Shown: positions 37,970 to 48,695, counted from the first letter of the stretch. The stretch is DNA of 64,000 nucleotides from a candidate division BRC1 bacterium ADurb.Bin183 (GCA_002070185.1 MWCT01000001.1:267110-331109), one strand, 5' to 3'. Numbers and translations: made by a program. The notes: generated by a model not told the origin, from the sequence alone.

Positions 37970-40900
37970 ACAAGCCGCTTATCCATTTTTTGTTGGCAAC
38001 CAATTTTCTTTTATTGCTTTTTTTTGAATCGAATGCGGCGGTGCTGGTTAAACTGGAGCCGGCGGGAGAAGGCAAAGGCGCGGAGGCGCGCACCCTGCTC
38101 ATGCGCAAGGGGGCGGCGCATGTTCGCTCTTTTTCGCATATTGGCTGGGAATCGTGGTCGCCGCCAAAGGGGATGTCCGATGAAACCTTCGCGGATGCCA
38201 TCGCCCATCTTCCCGGTGTAAAAAAAGTTCAAAAGCCCGTTCGCATTCAATTATTTGATGTGTTCCCCAACGACCCGGCATTTTTCAAATGGCAGTGGGC
38301 GCTCTATAACGAGAACAAGCCGGAATACGATTTAGATGCTCCCGCCGCATGGGACATCGCAACCGGCTCGCCGGATATTGTTGTCGCCGTTATTGACACC
38401 GGCATTGACCCCACCCACCCCGACCTCATCCCCAACATCTGGACGAACCCGCTTGAAATTCCGAATAACGATACGGATGACGACGGCAACGGTTTTATAG
38501 ATGACGACATGGGTTGGGATTTTGCCAACAACAACAATCTCCCTTATGACAATCTGGGGCATGGGACGCACGTCTCCGGCATCATCGGCGCGGCGGGAAA
38601 TAATGGCATCGGAATTTGCGGCGTCAACTGGAACGTCTCGCTCCTCACAATCAAGACGTTCGAAGGGCGCGAGGCGACCGATGAACAGATTTTGCCCGCT
38701 TTTGATTACATCCTTGGTCTGGGTCAAAAGGTTCATGTGATTAACGCCAGCTGGGGCGGTTCAACTCCTTCGCTGGCGATGCGCGACGCCATCGCCGAAT
38801 GCGGCAGACGCGGCATCCTTTTAATTGCGGCGGCGGGCAACGAAAAGGTCAATACGACGGAAAATCCAATGTATCCCGGTGCCTTTGACCTCCCCAACAT
38901 AATCACAGTCGGAGGCTCCACAAAGGATGGATTCAAATATACAAACACAAATTTTGGACCTTTTGTGCATATATGCGCGCCCGGTGATATGATTTACAGC
39001 GCCTATCCCCAGCCCACGCTTTATGGGACTCTCAGCGGCACGTCAATGGCGGCGCCCCATGCGGCAGGCGCTGCGGCGCTTCTCCTTTCCGAACGCGGCA
39101 GCCTTTCCCCTGAATATATACGAAATCTTTTCATCGGCAGCGCAAAGCCGGTTGCGTATCTTTCGGATATTTCCCTCTCGCAGGGTTTGCTCAATCTCCC
39201 CGCCCTGTTTGCGGAAGATGGCTCTCCGCCGCAGCCGGCGGCAAACGCCCGCATAGACGGAGTCGGGCTGACAACGGCAACGTTCTCTTTTGAGCTGCCC
39301 CTTGATGACGCTCCGGAGGAACTGGCGCGCATTGTGGAGTGGCGATACTCGACCGCGCCCATCAGCGAAGAAAATTGGTGGAACGCCGTCCGCATCCCCG
39401 CCATTCTCCCGCAGGGGGCGCCGCAGGGAAGATGGCAAACGATTAACGCGGACAGACTCGAGCCGGATACCCTTTATTATTTTGCCGCGCGCAGTCTTGA
39501 TGAAGGCGGGAATGTTTCGCCTGTTTCCATCCCTTTGACCGCGCGCACCGCGCCCGCTGAGCTTATTTGGCTGGAGGATTTTGAAAACGGCGCGCCCGAT
39601 TGGCAATTGATGCCGGGATTTTGGGATGTTGCCACATCGCCCAGCCTTGCCGCCAACGGCAGCAGATTTTTGTTTCATCCTGAACGAATGGGCGAATATC
39701 CGCTGATTGATGACGCTGTTTCGCCGCTGATTGATCTGACCGTTTGCGCGGCTCCCTATCTTTTTTTCCGGCATCAAAATGAATTTTTTGGTTTTCAACG
39801 TTTGACCAATGAAGGCTTGGTTGAAGTTCGAGCGGAGGGGGCTGCCAACTGGGAGAGTATTGCATCGTATAAAATGTTTTATTATCCGTGGCGGACGGAC
39901 TGCCTTTCTCTGGGCAAATGGCGCGGACGGCGCATTCATGTGCGGTTTCGTTTCAGACATGTTTTTTCCTCCGGCGATTTGAATGATGAAATTGGATGGT
40001 GGATTGACGACGTCCGCATCCTTGACGCCCGCCCCTCAATTTTTGCGGATTGGAAAAGCGCGGGAGAGATACCGCCTTTTGAGCCGCCCGATTATTGCGC
40101 CGCGGGCGGATGTCTTGAAATGCAGGTCAACTCATCGAACACATACGGGTTTTGGTATAAGGAAGGCGCAATTGAGTATGCCGAGCCCAACACCCTTTAC
40201 CGCGCGCGGTTCGGCATTCGCAGCGACCAGCCCGACCCCGCGCGCACGCCCACATTCCGCATCCGCCACAACGCTTCCAACTTTATGCAGGGCGACTCCC
40301 TTACCATTAACAGCAACGATGCAGGCGAATCTTCCTGCGGCGCCGCCTTCAAGGATTACGACCTTTATTTTCAACCGCAGGGCGATGCCCTTGCGCCCGG
40401 CGTTAACGGCGCGCTCTCCTTTGATGTGATGAACGTTGCCAATCTGACGGACGCCGAATCGGCAAAACTTGTTTTAGGTTATGTTGAAGTCGAGCGATTC
40501 CCCATAGAATCTTTGGGTGAGCCGCTGAGCCGCCATCTTTACACATTTGATAGCGGGCATGAAATGTGGACGCCTTCGCCGGCGCTCGGCGCTTTTGACG
40601 CCCCTGATTTCAGCTGGGAAGAGAGCGGCGGATTTTTAATAATGCGCAGCGCGGGCAATACCAATTGCTACGGTTTTTGGCAAAATAGCCAAACCGAATT
40701 GAGCCTGCGGCGGGATGCGCTATATCAATTGCGCGCGCGAGCCGGCGGAGCGGGCGATCCCGCAAAAGCCGTAGCGGCGCCGACCATGCGGATTCGCGCG
40801 TATGACCATCCGAATAATCACGCCGTCGCCGTGTTTCAATCGCCCGTCTGGCGAAAATATGAGCAGCCGAGTTCGGAGGGAACCGCCGTTTATGTCTTGA

Positions 40901-41049
40901 ATGATTATTACGCTTTTTTCCACAACCGGCAGGGCGCAGGCGAGCATCTGGGGATAGCCGTTGAACTCATCAACCTTGACGCGCTTGCGCCATCGGATGC
41001 CGCTATCGGCGTTGATGAAGTTGAAATAATCGCCTTTCCGCTTCCCTAA
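37966..41049 (+). CDS. Secreted subtilisin-like serine protease (peptidase S8) with large C-terminal extension
   Basis: ATG at 37966 overlaps the upstream stop (ATGA). Signal peptide MNKPLIHFLLATNFLLLLFF; catalytic triad motifs VAVIDTGID, HGTHVSGIIG and GTSMAAPHAAG. About 650 aa of extra C-terminal beta-rich domains. Confidence 0.85.
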   Translation: MNKPLIHFLLATNFLLLLFFESNAAVLVKLEPAGEGKGAEARTLLMRKGAAHVRSFSHIGWESWSPPKGMSDETFADAIAHLPGVKKVQKPVRIQLFDVFPNDPAFFKWQWALYNENKPEYDLDAPAAWDIATGSPDIVVAVIDTGIDPTHPDLIPNIWTNPLEIPNNDTDDDGNGFIDDDMGWDFANNNNLPYDNLGHGTHVSGIIGAAGNNGIGICGVNWNVSLLTIKTFEGREATDEQILPAFDYILGLGQKVHVINASWGGSTPSLAMRDAIAECGRRGILLIAAAGNEKVNTTENPMYPGAFDLPNIITVGGSTKDGFKYTNTNFGPFVHICAPGDMIYSAYPQPTLYGTLSGTSMAAPHAAGAAALLLSERGSLSPEYIRNLFIGSAKPVAYLSDISLSQGLLNLPALFAEDGSPPQPAANARIDGVGLTTATFSFELPLDDAPEELARIVEWRYSTAPISEENWWNAVRIPAILPQGAPQGRWQTINADRLEPDTLYYFAARSLDEGGNVSPVSIPLTARTAPAELIWLEDFENGAPDWQLMPGFWDVATSPSLAANGSRFLFHPERMGEYPLIDDAVSPLIDLTVCAAPYLFFRHQNEFFGFQRLTNEGLVEVRAEGAANWESIASYKMFYYPWRTDCLSLGKWRGRRIHVRFRFRHVFSSGDLNDEIGWWIDDVRILDARPSIFADWKSAGEIPPFEPPDYCAAGGCLEMQVNSSNTYGFWYKEGAIEYAEPNTLYRARFGIRSDQPDPARTPTFRIRHNASNFMQGDSLTINSNDAGESSCGAAFKDYDLYFQPQGDALAPGVNGALSFDVMNVANLTDAESAKLVLGYVEVERFPIESLGEPLSRHLYTFDSGHEMWTPSPALGAFDAPDFSWEESGGFLIMRSAGNTNCYGFWQNSQTELSLRRDALYQLRARAGGAGDPAKAVAAPTMRIRAYDHPNNHAVAVFQSPVWRKYEQPSSEGTAVYVLNDYYAFFHNRQGAGEHLGIAVELINLDALAPSDAAIGVDEVEIIAFPLP

Positions 41050-41100
41050 TAAACCGCGTTATTTGGCGCCAATCTATTAAAAATTCTTTAAAATGTTTTT

Positions 41101-44100
41101 TTATTTTTTTGCGCCGGCAAGGGAAAGAGCCATCGCTTTTATGGCGCGCAGGTCGAGTTTGCCCGTTCCTAAAATCGGCAGGGCTTCCACGCGGAAAAAG
41201 TCGCTCCATTTGGGAATCCAGAGCGGCGGCAGCCCCATATTCTGAATCTCCTCCGCTGCCCGCCGCGCTTTCTCCTCCCGTGCGGCATATAAAACAACGA
41301 GCCGTTCGCCTTTTTTTTCATCGGGAACACCGGTTACCGCAAAAATCATGTCGGTTGCGCCGATGGCGTTGTGGAGCGTCTCTTCGATCCGAATGTGCGG
41401 CGCCATCTCGCCGCCAATCTTGGAAAATCGCGAAAGCCTGTCTGTGATGGTGATGAACCCTTCTTCGTCAATCTGCGCAATATCCCCTGTAACATACCAC
41501 CCATCTTTCATAACCTCTGCGGTTTTTTCCGGCAGATGGTAATATCCGTGCATGATATTATGCCCGCGAACATGCAGCATTCCGGGTTCATTGACGCCGA
41601 GCGGCGCGCCGGTTTCCGGGTCAACAACGCGCACCGTCACGCCGGGTGCGGGATGCCCGACCGTTCCATATTTCACGCCTTTTTGATAAAAGGACGGTTG
41701 GCGGAAATCGGGTGTGTTGAGGCAGACGATGGGGGAGCATTCCGTTGCGCCGTAGCCTTCTATCGGGCGGATGCCGAATCGTTTTTCAAACGCCTCTGAG
41801 ACGTTGGCGCGCAGCTTTTCCGCGCCGGTCAGCGCCATGCGGAGCGAACCGAATTGCTCCGGCTGGACGCGCCGCGTGTATATGTTCAAAATGGTGGGCG
41901 TTGCGAAAAGATGCGTGATTTTATGTTTCTGCACAAGCTCTCCTATCTCGCGCCCATGAAGCGGGTTCGGGTGGTATATCACCCGAAACCCTGTCAGCAT
42001 CGGCAGCCAGAGCGCCACTGTGTTTCCGAACGAGTGGAAAAATGGAAGAATGCCCAGCAGGCATCCATCAGGCGGAAAATCCACCATGTGATAAGCCGAT
42101 GCGACATTTGCCCAGATGTTCCAATGCGTGAGTTCCACGCCTTTGGGCGCGCCGGTGCTGCCGCTGGAAAAAATAATCGTGGCAACATCGTCCATTGATG
42201 CGGATTTTTTTCTGCCAAGCAGTTTATCAAACGAGTTGGTTTTTTGCCGGATAAAAATATGAAAAAAGGCTTTGGATGTATCCCAGAATGAGATTTCGTT
42301 TCGAATATCTTCAAGGTAAACAATATCGCATTTTGCGGGGAGGGCGATTTTGATTTTTTTCATGAACAAACGCGATGTGATAATAAGGCGGATGCCCGCA
42401 TTGGCGCAGATTTCCTCGATAACGGCAGCGGCGGCGGTGTAGTTCAGATTGATGGGGATGCGCCCCGACCATGTTGCGGCAAGATTCGTTGCTGCCGCGC
42501 CTGCGGACGGCGGAAGCAAGATGCCGATATTTTCATCGTCCTGCCATTTGCGGCGGAGTTTCCTCCCCAGTGCAATCGTCCCCGCCAGCATCTTATACTG
42601 GGCAAACGAACCATTGCGCAGAGTGTTGACCGCTTCCAGATGCAAAGGCAGCGCGCGCTCTTTACGTATGGCAAAGGCGTCCACCATCAAATCCATAATC
42701 GCGACGCGCAATTGCGGATGTTTTGTATCGGCGGGCATCGGCTTTCCGAAGACAACGCACAAAACCGGCTTTTTTGCCCGAGGATTAAAAAAGATGGGTT
42801 TTCGGCGACCGCCCGGCAGCGCAAAGATTGTTTCATAAGCGCCGTCAATCGCCGCAGGGATAATCGGCTCTTGGATTCCCCGCATGATATGCTCAAAACC
42901 GCGGCGGAATGGCAGCATCATTCCCAACCGCGTCATCTGACCTTCTGGGAAGATGCAGACCAGCCCGCCTTGGCGGATCTCCTCGCGAGCCTCCCGCAGC
43001 GCCTTTATCAAATCCCTAACGGAGCCCAGCCCTTTTATGGGAATTGTGTTCGTTATTCGGGCAAAGGGATAGATAAACCATTTGCGGTATAGGTCTTCCG
43101 TCATAATAAAACGTACAGGGCGCTCGATGACGACGCTTAATAAGAGGGCGTCTATATAGGACTGATGATTCGATGTTATGAGCGCGCCGCCTTTGGCGGG
43201 GATATTCTCCGCGCCCTTCACGTTCACACGGTAAATCATTTTGAAAAGAACAACCGCAAGGAAACGCAAAGGGATGCGCGGGAATTTGACGCAAATGACA
43301 ATCCCTGTCAAAAGCATGAGAACCCCGCCCGCAAAAAACACATCCCCCGGAGAAGCGGTCGCCTGAACTATTAACCCCCTTGCGCCCGCCCCCGCCATCA
43401 TCCCAATGGAGGTGAACACATTAGAAACCGACCAGACGCCGCCGCGTTTATCGGGGCGAGTTTCCTGAATCACAAACGCCTGCAGAGGCACAATGAAAAA
43501 ACCGCAGACCAGACCGACAAGCCCCATCATCGCAGGGACAATGTATCGAATATGCTGCAACTGTTCCGAGCTCATGCGGCTCAATTCCGCAAAATTTGGC
43601 GTCAGCCGCCACACCAGCATCGAGGCGGAAAACATCGCCAGCGCGCCGAACGGCACAAGTCCCAACTCGATCCGATTCTTTGAAACCATCCCGGCAAGAA
43701 CGCACCCCGCCCCCATGCCCACCACAATCGGAAGCAACGCCAGCCCTGTCTGAGACGGAGATAAACCCAACACCTGCACCGCAATCAGCAACGCCGCTCC
43801 CTGCATCATCACGCCCGCCATCCACCAGACGCTCATGCCCACCACGCCCCACAAAATTCCCGTGTTGGAAAGAATTTCACGTCCATATAGGGAGACCATC
43901 GGAACGGGATTGATTTCGAATCGCTGCGCGGGATTGCCGACCGGCGTGGGCGCCATTTGAAGGGCAAGCAAAGCTCCCCCTCCCGCAAGCCCAACAAGAA
44001 TCAATCCATTAATCCAAAGCGATTGATTAAAACATTGAAAAAGCGACGGTCCAAGAATCGTACCCAAAATGATGGCAAGAAACGTCCCGCCCTGAAGGAT

Positions 44101-44574
44101 GCCATTCCCCCATGCCGTTTGCTCCTCCGGCAGAATCTCCGGCAGGATGCCGTATTTGGACGGGCTGAAAAGAGCGGATTGGAATCCCATGAAAAAGAGA
44201 ACAATAATAGCTCCGGAAATATAACCCAGCGCAAACATCGCCATCCCCGCCGCCATCACAATAATTTCCAGAATCTTTGTCCATAGGGTTACGCGGCTTT
44301 TGGCAAAACGATCGGAAAGCCAACCGGCAATGGTTGCGCTTACAATAAAAGGCAGAATAAACGCACCCTCCGCGATGGATGTCCATGTATTTCCCAGCGC
44401 GGTGGCATCTGATGGCGATTGCGGAAACCGCTCGTTGGCGTGTTTCAGAATCAGCATCATCACAATAAATTTGAAAATGTTGTCGCTCAGCGCGCCTTGA
44501 AACATCACGCCAATGAGCGCCCAGAAGGAGCGCAGGCTTCTTGGTTGAGGGAAGGGTTGTTTCGCGTCATTCAT
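41101..44574 (-). CDS. Tripartite fusion: MFS lysophospholipid transporter (LplT-like), 1-acyl-glycerol-3-phosphate acyltransferase-like (PlsC-type) domain and acyl-ACP/acyl-CoA synthetase (AMP-binding) domain; Aas-like
   Basis: Track ORF extends to 44715; probable start is ATG at 44574 (MNDAKQPF). N-terminal ~420 aa is a 12-TM MFS domain; the middle has the acyltransferase NHxxxxD motif (SNHQSYIDALL); the C-terminus has the AMP-binding signature IFSSGSTGAPKGV. Confidence 0.75.
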   Translation of the reverse strand: MNDAKQPFPQPRSLRSFWALIGVMFQGALSDNIFKFIVMMLILKHANERFPQSPSDATALGNTWTSIAEGAFILPFIVSATIAGWLSDRFAKSRVTLWTKILEIIVMAAGMAMFALGYISGAIIVLFFMGFQSALFSPSKYGILPEILPEEQTAWGNGILQGGTFLAIILGTILGPSLFQCFNQSLWINGLILVGLAGGGALLALQMAPTPVGNPAQRFEINPVPMVSLYGREILSNTGILWGVVGMSVWWMAGVMMQGAALLIAVQVLGLSPSQTGLALLPIVVGMGAGCVLAGMVSKNRIELGLVPFGALAMFSASMLVWRLTPNFAELSRMSSEQLQHIRYIVPAMMGLVGLVCGFFIVPLQAFVIQETRPDKRGGVWSVSNVFTSIGMMAGAGARGLIVQATASPGDVFFAGGVLMLLTGIVICVKFPRIPLRFLAVVLFKMIYRVNVKGAENIPAKGGALITSNHQSYIDALLLSVVIERPVRFIMTEDLYRKWFIYPFARITNTIPIKGLGSVRDLIKALREAREEIRQGGLVCIFPEGQMTRLGMMLPFRRGFEHIMRGIQEPIIPAAIDGAYETIFALPGGRRKPIFFNPRAKKPVLCVVFGKPMPADTKHPQLRVAIMDLMVDAFAIRKERALPLHLEAVNTLRNGSFAQYKMLAGTIALGRKLRRKWQDDENIGILLPPSAGAAATNLAATWSGRIPINLNYTAAAAVIEEICANAGIRLIITSRLFMKKIKIALPAKCDIVYLEDIRNEISFWDTSKAFFHIFIRQKTNSFDKLLGRKKSASMDDVATIIFSSGSTGAPKGVELTHWNIWANVASAYHMVDFPPDGCLLGILPFFHSFGNTVALWLPMLTGFRVIYHPNPLHGREIGELVQKHKITHLFATPTILNIYTRRVQPEQFGSLRMALTGAEKLRANVSEAFEKRFGIRPIEGYGATECSPIVCLNTPDFRQPSFYQKGVKYGTVGHPAPGVTVRVVDPETGAPLGVNEPGMLHVRGHNIMHGYYHLPEKTAEVMKDGWYVTGDIAQIDEEGFITITDRLSRFSKIGGEMAPHIRIEETLHNAIGATDMIFAVTGVPDEKKGERLVVLYAAREEKARRAAEEIQNMGLPPLWIPKWSDFFRVEALPILGTGKLDLRAIKAMALSLAGAKK

Positions 44575-44608
44575 TGGCGAAAAATCATGCTGAAACAAAC
44601 CTCGCGGT

Positions 44609-47110
44609 TCAAGGAAATATTTCAATCGCCGCAGTTCCCAGAATGTCGTCGCCGTTGAAGCGGAAGAAAATTTCCGATAGCCCCGTTTTTTCTGGCATGG
44701 CGAGCTCGAAATCAAAAAGGGCGCAGTCGCCCGCCCCCACGGTTCGCTCCAGCGGGATATTATGAAGAATGTTCGTCTGATTGTTCCGGCGAATTTCCAA
44801 AATCAATTTCCGCCCGCTGTCCCATGCATCCCAGCCGTCGTTGCGCACGGCAATCTGAACGCGCCTTATCTCTCCTACCTTTGCCCGCGGCGGCAAGGTA
44901 TCAAAGAGGCAGGAGGCAAACCCCTGATTTTTTCCGCCGAGGCGCAGCCGCGTCAAATAAGAGAACATCGCCGCATCGCAAATAACGTAATTAAGGTCCG
45001 GACGTTCTTCAATCAATCGGCGGTTGAGCGCCTGATAATAGGGGATGTCTTTGAGCACGCTGCGGAAAATAAGAAAGCGTGTTTCTCCCGCCTTTGCCCG
45101 CGCGTGAATTTTTACGGCATCCTTCGCCGTATTGCCGGAAAGGTCTTCGCACATCACATAGACCGGCATATTCTCAACAAGATGAAGCGGGGCATATTCA
45201 AATTCCATCTGCTGCACAACGCCCCCGCGTGAAAAGGGGAGGAACATCCGAACCGAATTTGGCGTGATAGTTCCCGCCCTTCCATTAATCAGAAATCCCG
45301 TAAAGTTGTAACCGAATTTTTGATAATAATATCGGCAATGCGATTGCCAAAGAGCGTCCGCGGCGGGCGCGCCGGAGGGCTCCCTTGGCGGCAGCAGCTG
45401 CGTGACATTCACATACCCCGCGCCGGAGTCGCCGGAAATAAAAACGTCCTGCGCTGTGCGTGTGCGATAGGCATATTCAAAAAACTGCCGCGCACGCTCG
45501 GAAAGATTGGGATTGACCGCCCAAGACATTTTCAGACTGCCGCGTTCGGGGGCGTCCCATCGGCTAAAGAGCGAGTTGACCGTCCACGCCGCCGCATCGT
45601 AATCGCCCACATAATGCAATAGATATGTTTTTGCCGCAGGGGCGCCCTTTTCATCAAGGAGACCTTGCCTCCGCAGCTCCTCCTCCATAGGCGGCAGCGG
45701 CTGCGCGTATCGGCTCGGCAGCGGCAGATGCTGGAAGACGGAGGCATTTGCCAGCGCCGAAAGATGCAGCGCATCGGCGTCAATATAGGCATTATAGGCG
45801 GAAAGAATCCGCACCGTTTCCCACTCCGTCTCCACGCCGCCGCGGCGTCCGCCCGCGCCTTTGGAGTCCGTGTATTTGAATGCCCAAGGCGTGAACCCGC
45901 CCACATGAATAAACGCGCGGTGATTGCTCAGACGGAGCGATTCGGCGAGGATTTCTTGCAGGATTTTGAAATCCGACCCAAGAGGTTGGCAGGGATCATC
46001 AATCGGCGTTTCATCCGCCCAGACGGATAAATCCCAGAAGAAGCCTTTATGCGAAATAAAATAATCATGATTCGTCAGCGTGTGATTTTGAAAATCGTGC
46101 CCCGGCGCCGGATTTTTTATCCAGAAAGAGTCAATATAATAGCCCTGATAAAGCGGATTGCACAAACCCGTTTTGAGATATTTTTCCATCGCCCAAATGT
46201 AGGCGTCGCACTTTTTCGACCCGGTGGAAGTGCGGTTTGTGTCCGGAATCATGCTCCTGCCTGTAAATTTGTTGCAAAGGTCGAGCCGCACGGGCAGGTT
46301 TATTTTGCCGGAAATTAACCGCTGATAGAGCGAATCGGGCGAAGGGTTTTTGGGAATGGGCAAGAGATTTTCCGCGCCCGCCGCTGTGGAGGCAACGTTG
46401 GACGTGGCGGGAACATCCGGATCCCAAAGAACAACGCCGTTTATTTCATCGGCAAAAATTTTCACAAGCGACTCAATATCGCCAACCGGTTTCAATGTTA
46501 TTTTTTCCAGCCAGCAGCCGGGCTCCCGCATGCGGCGCAGCCAGTATTCATCCACATTTTCTTTTGCAAGCTCGCTCTGAACAAAATAAACATAAAGGCG
46601 CGGATGGCGCCGGTTCGCGATTCCTTGCAACGCCGCCGCGAGATGCGCGTGTTCAAAAGCCCGCCACGCAGGCAGGGCGCGCGTGTAGCGCAAATCGTAT
46701 GTGTATAAAACACCGGCGGCTTGTTCGATGGGATGAATCCGAAACGGCGCGCGCCGCGCGCTCCACCCGCTCCAGCCCGCTGCAGAGCGCGCCCTTGCCC
46801 ACGTAAAAAGAGTTGTATGCTCGGGAAATTTTTGAGAGGATGTGAAAAAGAATTTTTCGCTTTGCATCTCGCCGGAGTCCCAGATAATTTCCGATTCCGG
46901 ACTCTCGCCGGATGTGATGCGGAGATGAAAAGCCTCGTGCGACTCGCCGCGCCATTCGATGCGCGGGGGATTGGCTGTCGAGATTCCCGCTGGCAACGCC
47001 ACAATGGGAGGCAGCGGTGGCTGAGCAGCGCAAATGGAATTTTCTGCCATAAAAAATCCTTTTCCAAAAAGTATGAGTAGAATTAGTATATACATATCCG
47101 CGCCTGTCAA
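44609..47110 (-). CDS. Hypothetical secreted protein (833 aa), possibly glycoside-hydrolase-like
   Basis: Long ORF with an N-terminal hydrophobic signal-like segment (MYILILLILFGKGFF). No confident family; the YVGDYDAAAW / GDSGAGYVN segments weakly recall GxGYxYP-type putative glycosidases. Confidence 0.4.
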   Translation of the reverse strand: MTGADMYILILLILFGKGFFMAENSICAAQPPLPPIVALPAGISTANPPRIEWRGESHEAFHLRITSGESPESEIIWDSGEMQSEKFFFTSSQKFPEHTTLFTWARARSAAGWSGWSARRAPFRIHPIEQAAGVLYTYDLRYTRALPAWRAFEHAHLAAALQGIANRRHPRLYVYFVQSELAKENVDEYWLRRMREPGCWLEKITLKPVGDIESLVKIFADEINGVVLWDPDVPATSNVASTAAGAENLLPIPKNPSPDSLYQRLISGKINLPVRLDLCNKFTGRSMIPDTNRTSTGSKKCDAYIWAMEKYLKTGLCNPLYQGYYIDSFWIKNPAPGHDFQNHTLTNHDYFISHKGFFWDLSVWADETPIDDPCQPLGSDFKILQEILAESLRLSNHRAFIHVGGFTPWAFKYTDSKGAGGRRGGVETEWETVRILSAYNAYIDADALHLSALANASVFQHLPLPSRYAQPLPPMEEELRRQGLLDEKGAPAAKTYLLHYVGDYDAAAWTVNSLFSRWDAPERGSLKMSWAVNPNLSERARQFFEYAYRTRTAQDVFISGDSGAGYVNVTQLLPPREPSGAPAADALWQSHCRYYYQKFGYNFTGFLINGRAGTITPNSVRMFLPFSRGGVVQQMEFEYAPLHLVENMPVYVMCEDLSGNTAKDAVKIHARAKAGETRFLIFRSVLKDIPYYQALNRRLIEERPDLNYVICDAAMFSYLTRLRLGGKNQGFASCLFDTLPPRAKVGEIRRVQIAVRNDGWDAWDSGRKLILEIRRNNQTNILHNIPLERTVGAGDCALFDFELAMPEKTGLSEIFFRFNGDDILGTAAIEIFP

Positions 47111-47208
47111 TTTTTTTATGCGAACTTTTTAATTTGACACATAACCCAAAATTAAAACATTATATATATTTGTGTATAAAAAGAAGTTTTTTGAAGGGTG
47201 AATTTTTT

Positions 47209-47757
47209 ATGCGCAATCCATTTTGTATAAAAATCGTATTTGTTCTCGCTTTATTGATGTTATTCTCTTTTGGTTTTGCACAGACGGAGTCCGATAAACC
47301 AACGCCTAAAATCTTCAGCACATGGAACGGTTTCATGGAGCCCGACCGCTGCGCCTCCGCATGGGCAATCAAAAAATTTGCCGAAAAGGATGCCGTGTTC
47401 AAAATCTACCCTGTGCAAACGACCGCCATGGATGGTGTCTCTTTTGATGTCCCACTGCCCGGCATCTATGCAAGGCAGCGCAATAAAACCATCATGGAGG
47501 CTATCCTTTCCCATCACAAGGTTGAGGACGCCGCCGCATGGCGCGTCGCCTCCATCATCAGGGACATCGAGCTCAATCGTTGGGATAGCCGCGCCACGCC
47601 GGAAGCCGCGGGAGTTGAAGCCGTTATCAATGGGCTGAATAAAATTTCCCGCGATGAAATGGATTGTCTTGAAAAAAGCATGTTAATATTTGATGCCTTA
47701 TACGCCTCATTCCAAAAGGAGGAAAAACCCGTTTCAGCGGAAAAATCCAAACGATGA
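47209..47757 (+). CDS. Small exported protein, possibly chromate-resistance-exported-protein-like (Chrome_Resist family)
   Basis: ATG at 47209 with RBS GAAGGGTG. Signal peptide; the segment WNGFMEPDRCASAWAIKKFAEKDAVFKIYP resembles the conserved core of that family as I recall it. Confidence 0.35.
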   Translation: MRNPFCIKIVFVLALLMLFSFGFAQTESDKPTPKIFSTWNGFMEPDRCASAWAIKKFAEKDAVFKIYPVQTTAMDGVSFDVPLPGIYARQRNKTIMEAILSHHKVEDAAAWRVASIIRDIELNRWDSRATPEAAGVEAVINGLNKISRDEMDCLEKSMLIFDALYASFQKEEKPVSAEKSKR

Positions 47758-48671
47758 AAATAATTTACCGGTTCATACTCCTTTGCCTTTTTGTTATCAT
47801 AGGCAGCCGCATCCAAGCCGATGAGGTCATCCTTTATTCCTCCTTTGAATCGGGCAATTGGGATATTTGGATGATTCACCCCGATAAAAGCAACGCACGA
47901 ATTTTAATCAATTCGCCGCTGGATGAAAAGGCTCCCGCGCTTTCGCCCGACGGCGCATATATCGCCTATCATGATAACAGAGGGAGCGTTCGTATTGCCG
48001 GTCTTGACGGCTCATCGAGCGATGTCCTTGCGCAGTCGCCGGGGCTGAACAGCTATCCCTGTTGGACGCCCGACGGCGCGGGGATTGTGTATTGTTCCCG
48101 CCCATCGCCGACAAAGGAAGCGGCAGGCATTTTTTATAACAAGATTCAGCCGGTCGCCGCCGCAACTCCTATAACGCTGGTTGAGCCGATGGAATCGAAT
48201 AATTTCCCCGCGCTTTCGCCGGACGGCAAGCGCCTTGTTTTTTCGCGTTTTCTGGCGCAGGAAAAACCGCTGAAGCTCCCGCGCGAGCCTCTTATTGAGG
48301 AACTCTACATCCTTGATATAACCAGCGGCAAAATATCGCAGATAACCAACCTGAAAAAAAATAGCGCGCACCCTCGATGGGCGCCCGACGGCGCAAAAAT
48401 AGTTTTCTCATCAAACGCCGCAGGCAGCTATGACCTGTGGCTTGTTGATATTGGAGAAAAAATATCGGAGCCGCGGCGGCTTACTGAGGATCCGGGATTT
48501 GAAGGCTTTCCCGCATGGTCACCCGACGGGGAGAAAATCGTCTTTATCTCGTCGCGCACTGGAAATATGGAACTGTGGATTCTGGATGTTTCAAGCGGAG
48601 GCTGGACGCAGCTCACTAATTCGGAAAAGAAAAGAGATTCGATGGAGCCCTGCTGGGGCAGGCTCCCTTAA
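47754..48671 (+). CDS. TolB-like WD40 (PD40) beta-propeller protein, secreted
   Basis: Start overlaps the upstream stop (ATGA). Repeated PD40 blades: ALSPDGAYIAY, PCWTPDGAGIVYCS, PALSPDGKRLVFSR, PRWAPDGAKIVFSS, PAWSPDGEKIVFISSR. Confidence 0.7.
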   Translation: MKIIYRFILLCLFVIIGSRIQADEVILYSSFESGNWDIWMIHPDKSNARILINSPLDEKAPALSPDGAYIAYHDNRGSVRIAGLDGSSSDVLAQSPGLNSYPCWTPDGAGIVYCSRPSPTKEAAGIFYNKIQPVAAATPITLVEPMESNNFPALSPDGKRLVFSRFLAQEKPLKLPREPLIEELYILDITSGKISQITNLKKNSAHPRWAPDGAKIVFSSNAAGSYDLWLVDIGEKISEPRRLTEDPGFEGFPAWSPDGEKIVFISSRTGNMELWILDVSSGGWTQLTNSEKKRDSMEPCWGRLP

Positions 48672-48695
48672 ATATAGCGGTTTGGAGGGTTTATC

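Noticed and set aside
39043-39960. 305-aa minus-strand ORF
   Set aside because: Antisense to the S8 protease gene, whose catalytic triad motifs are present.
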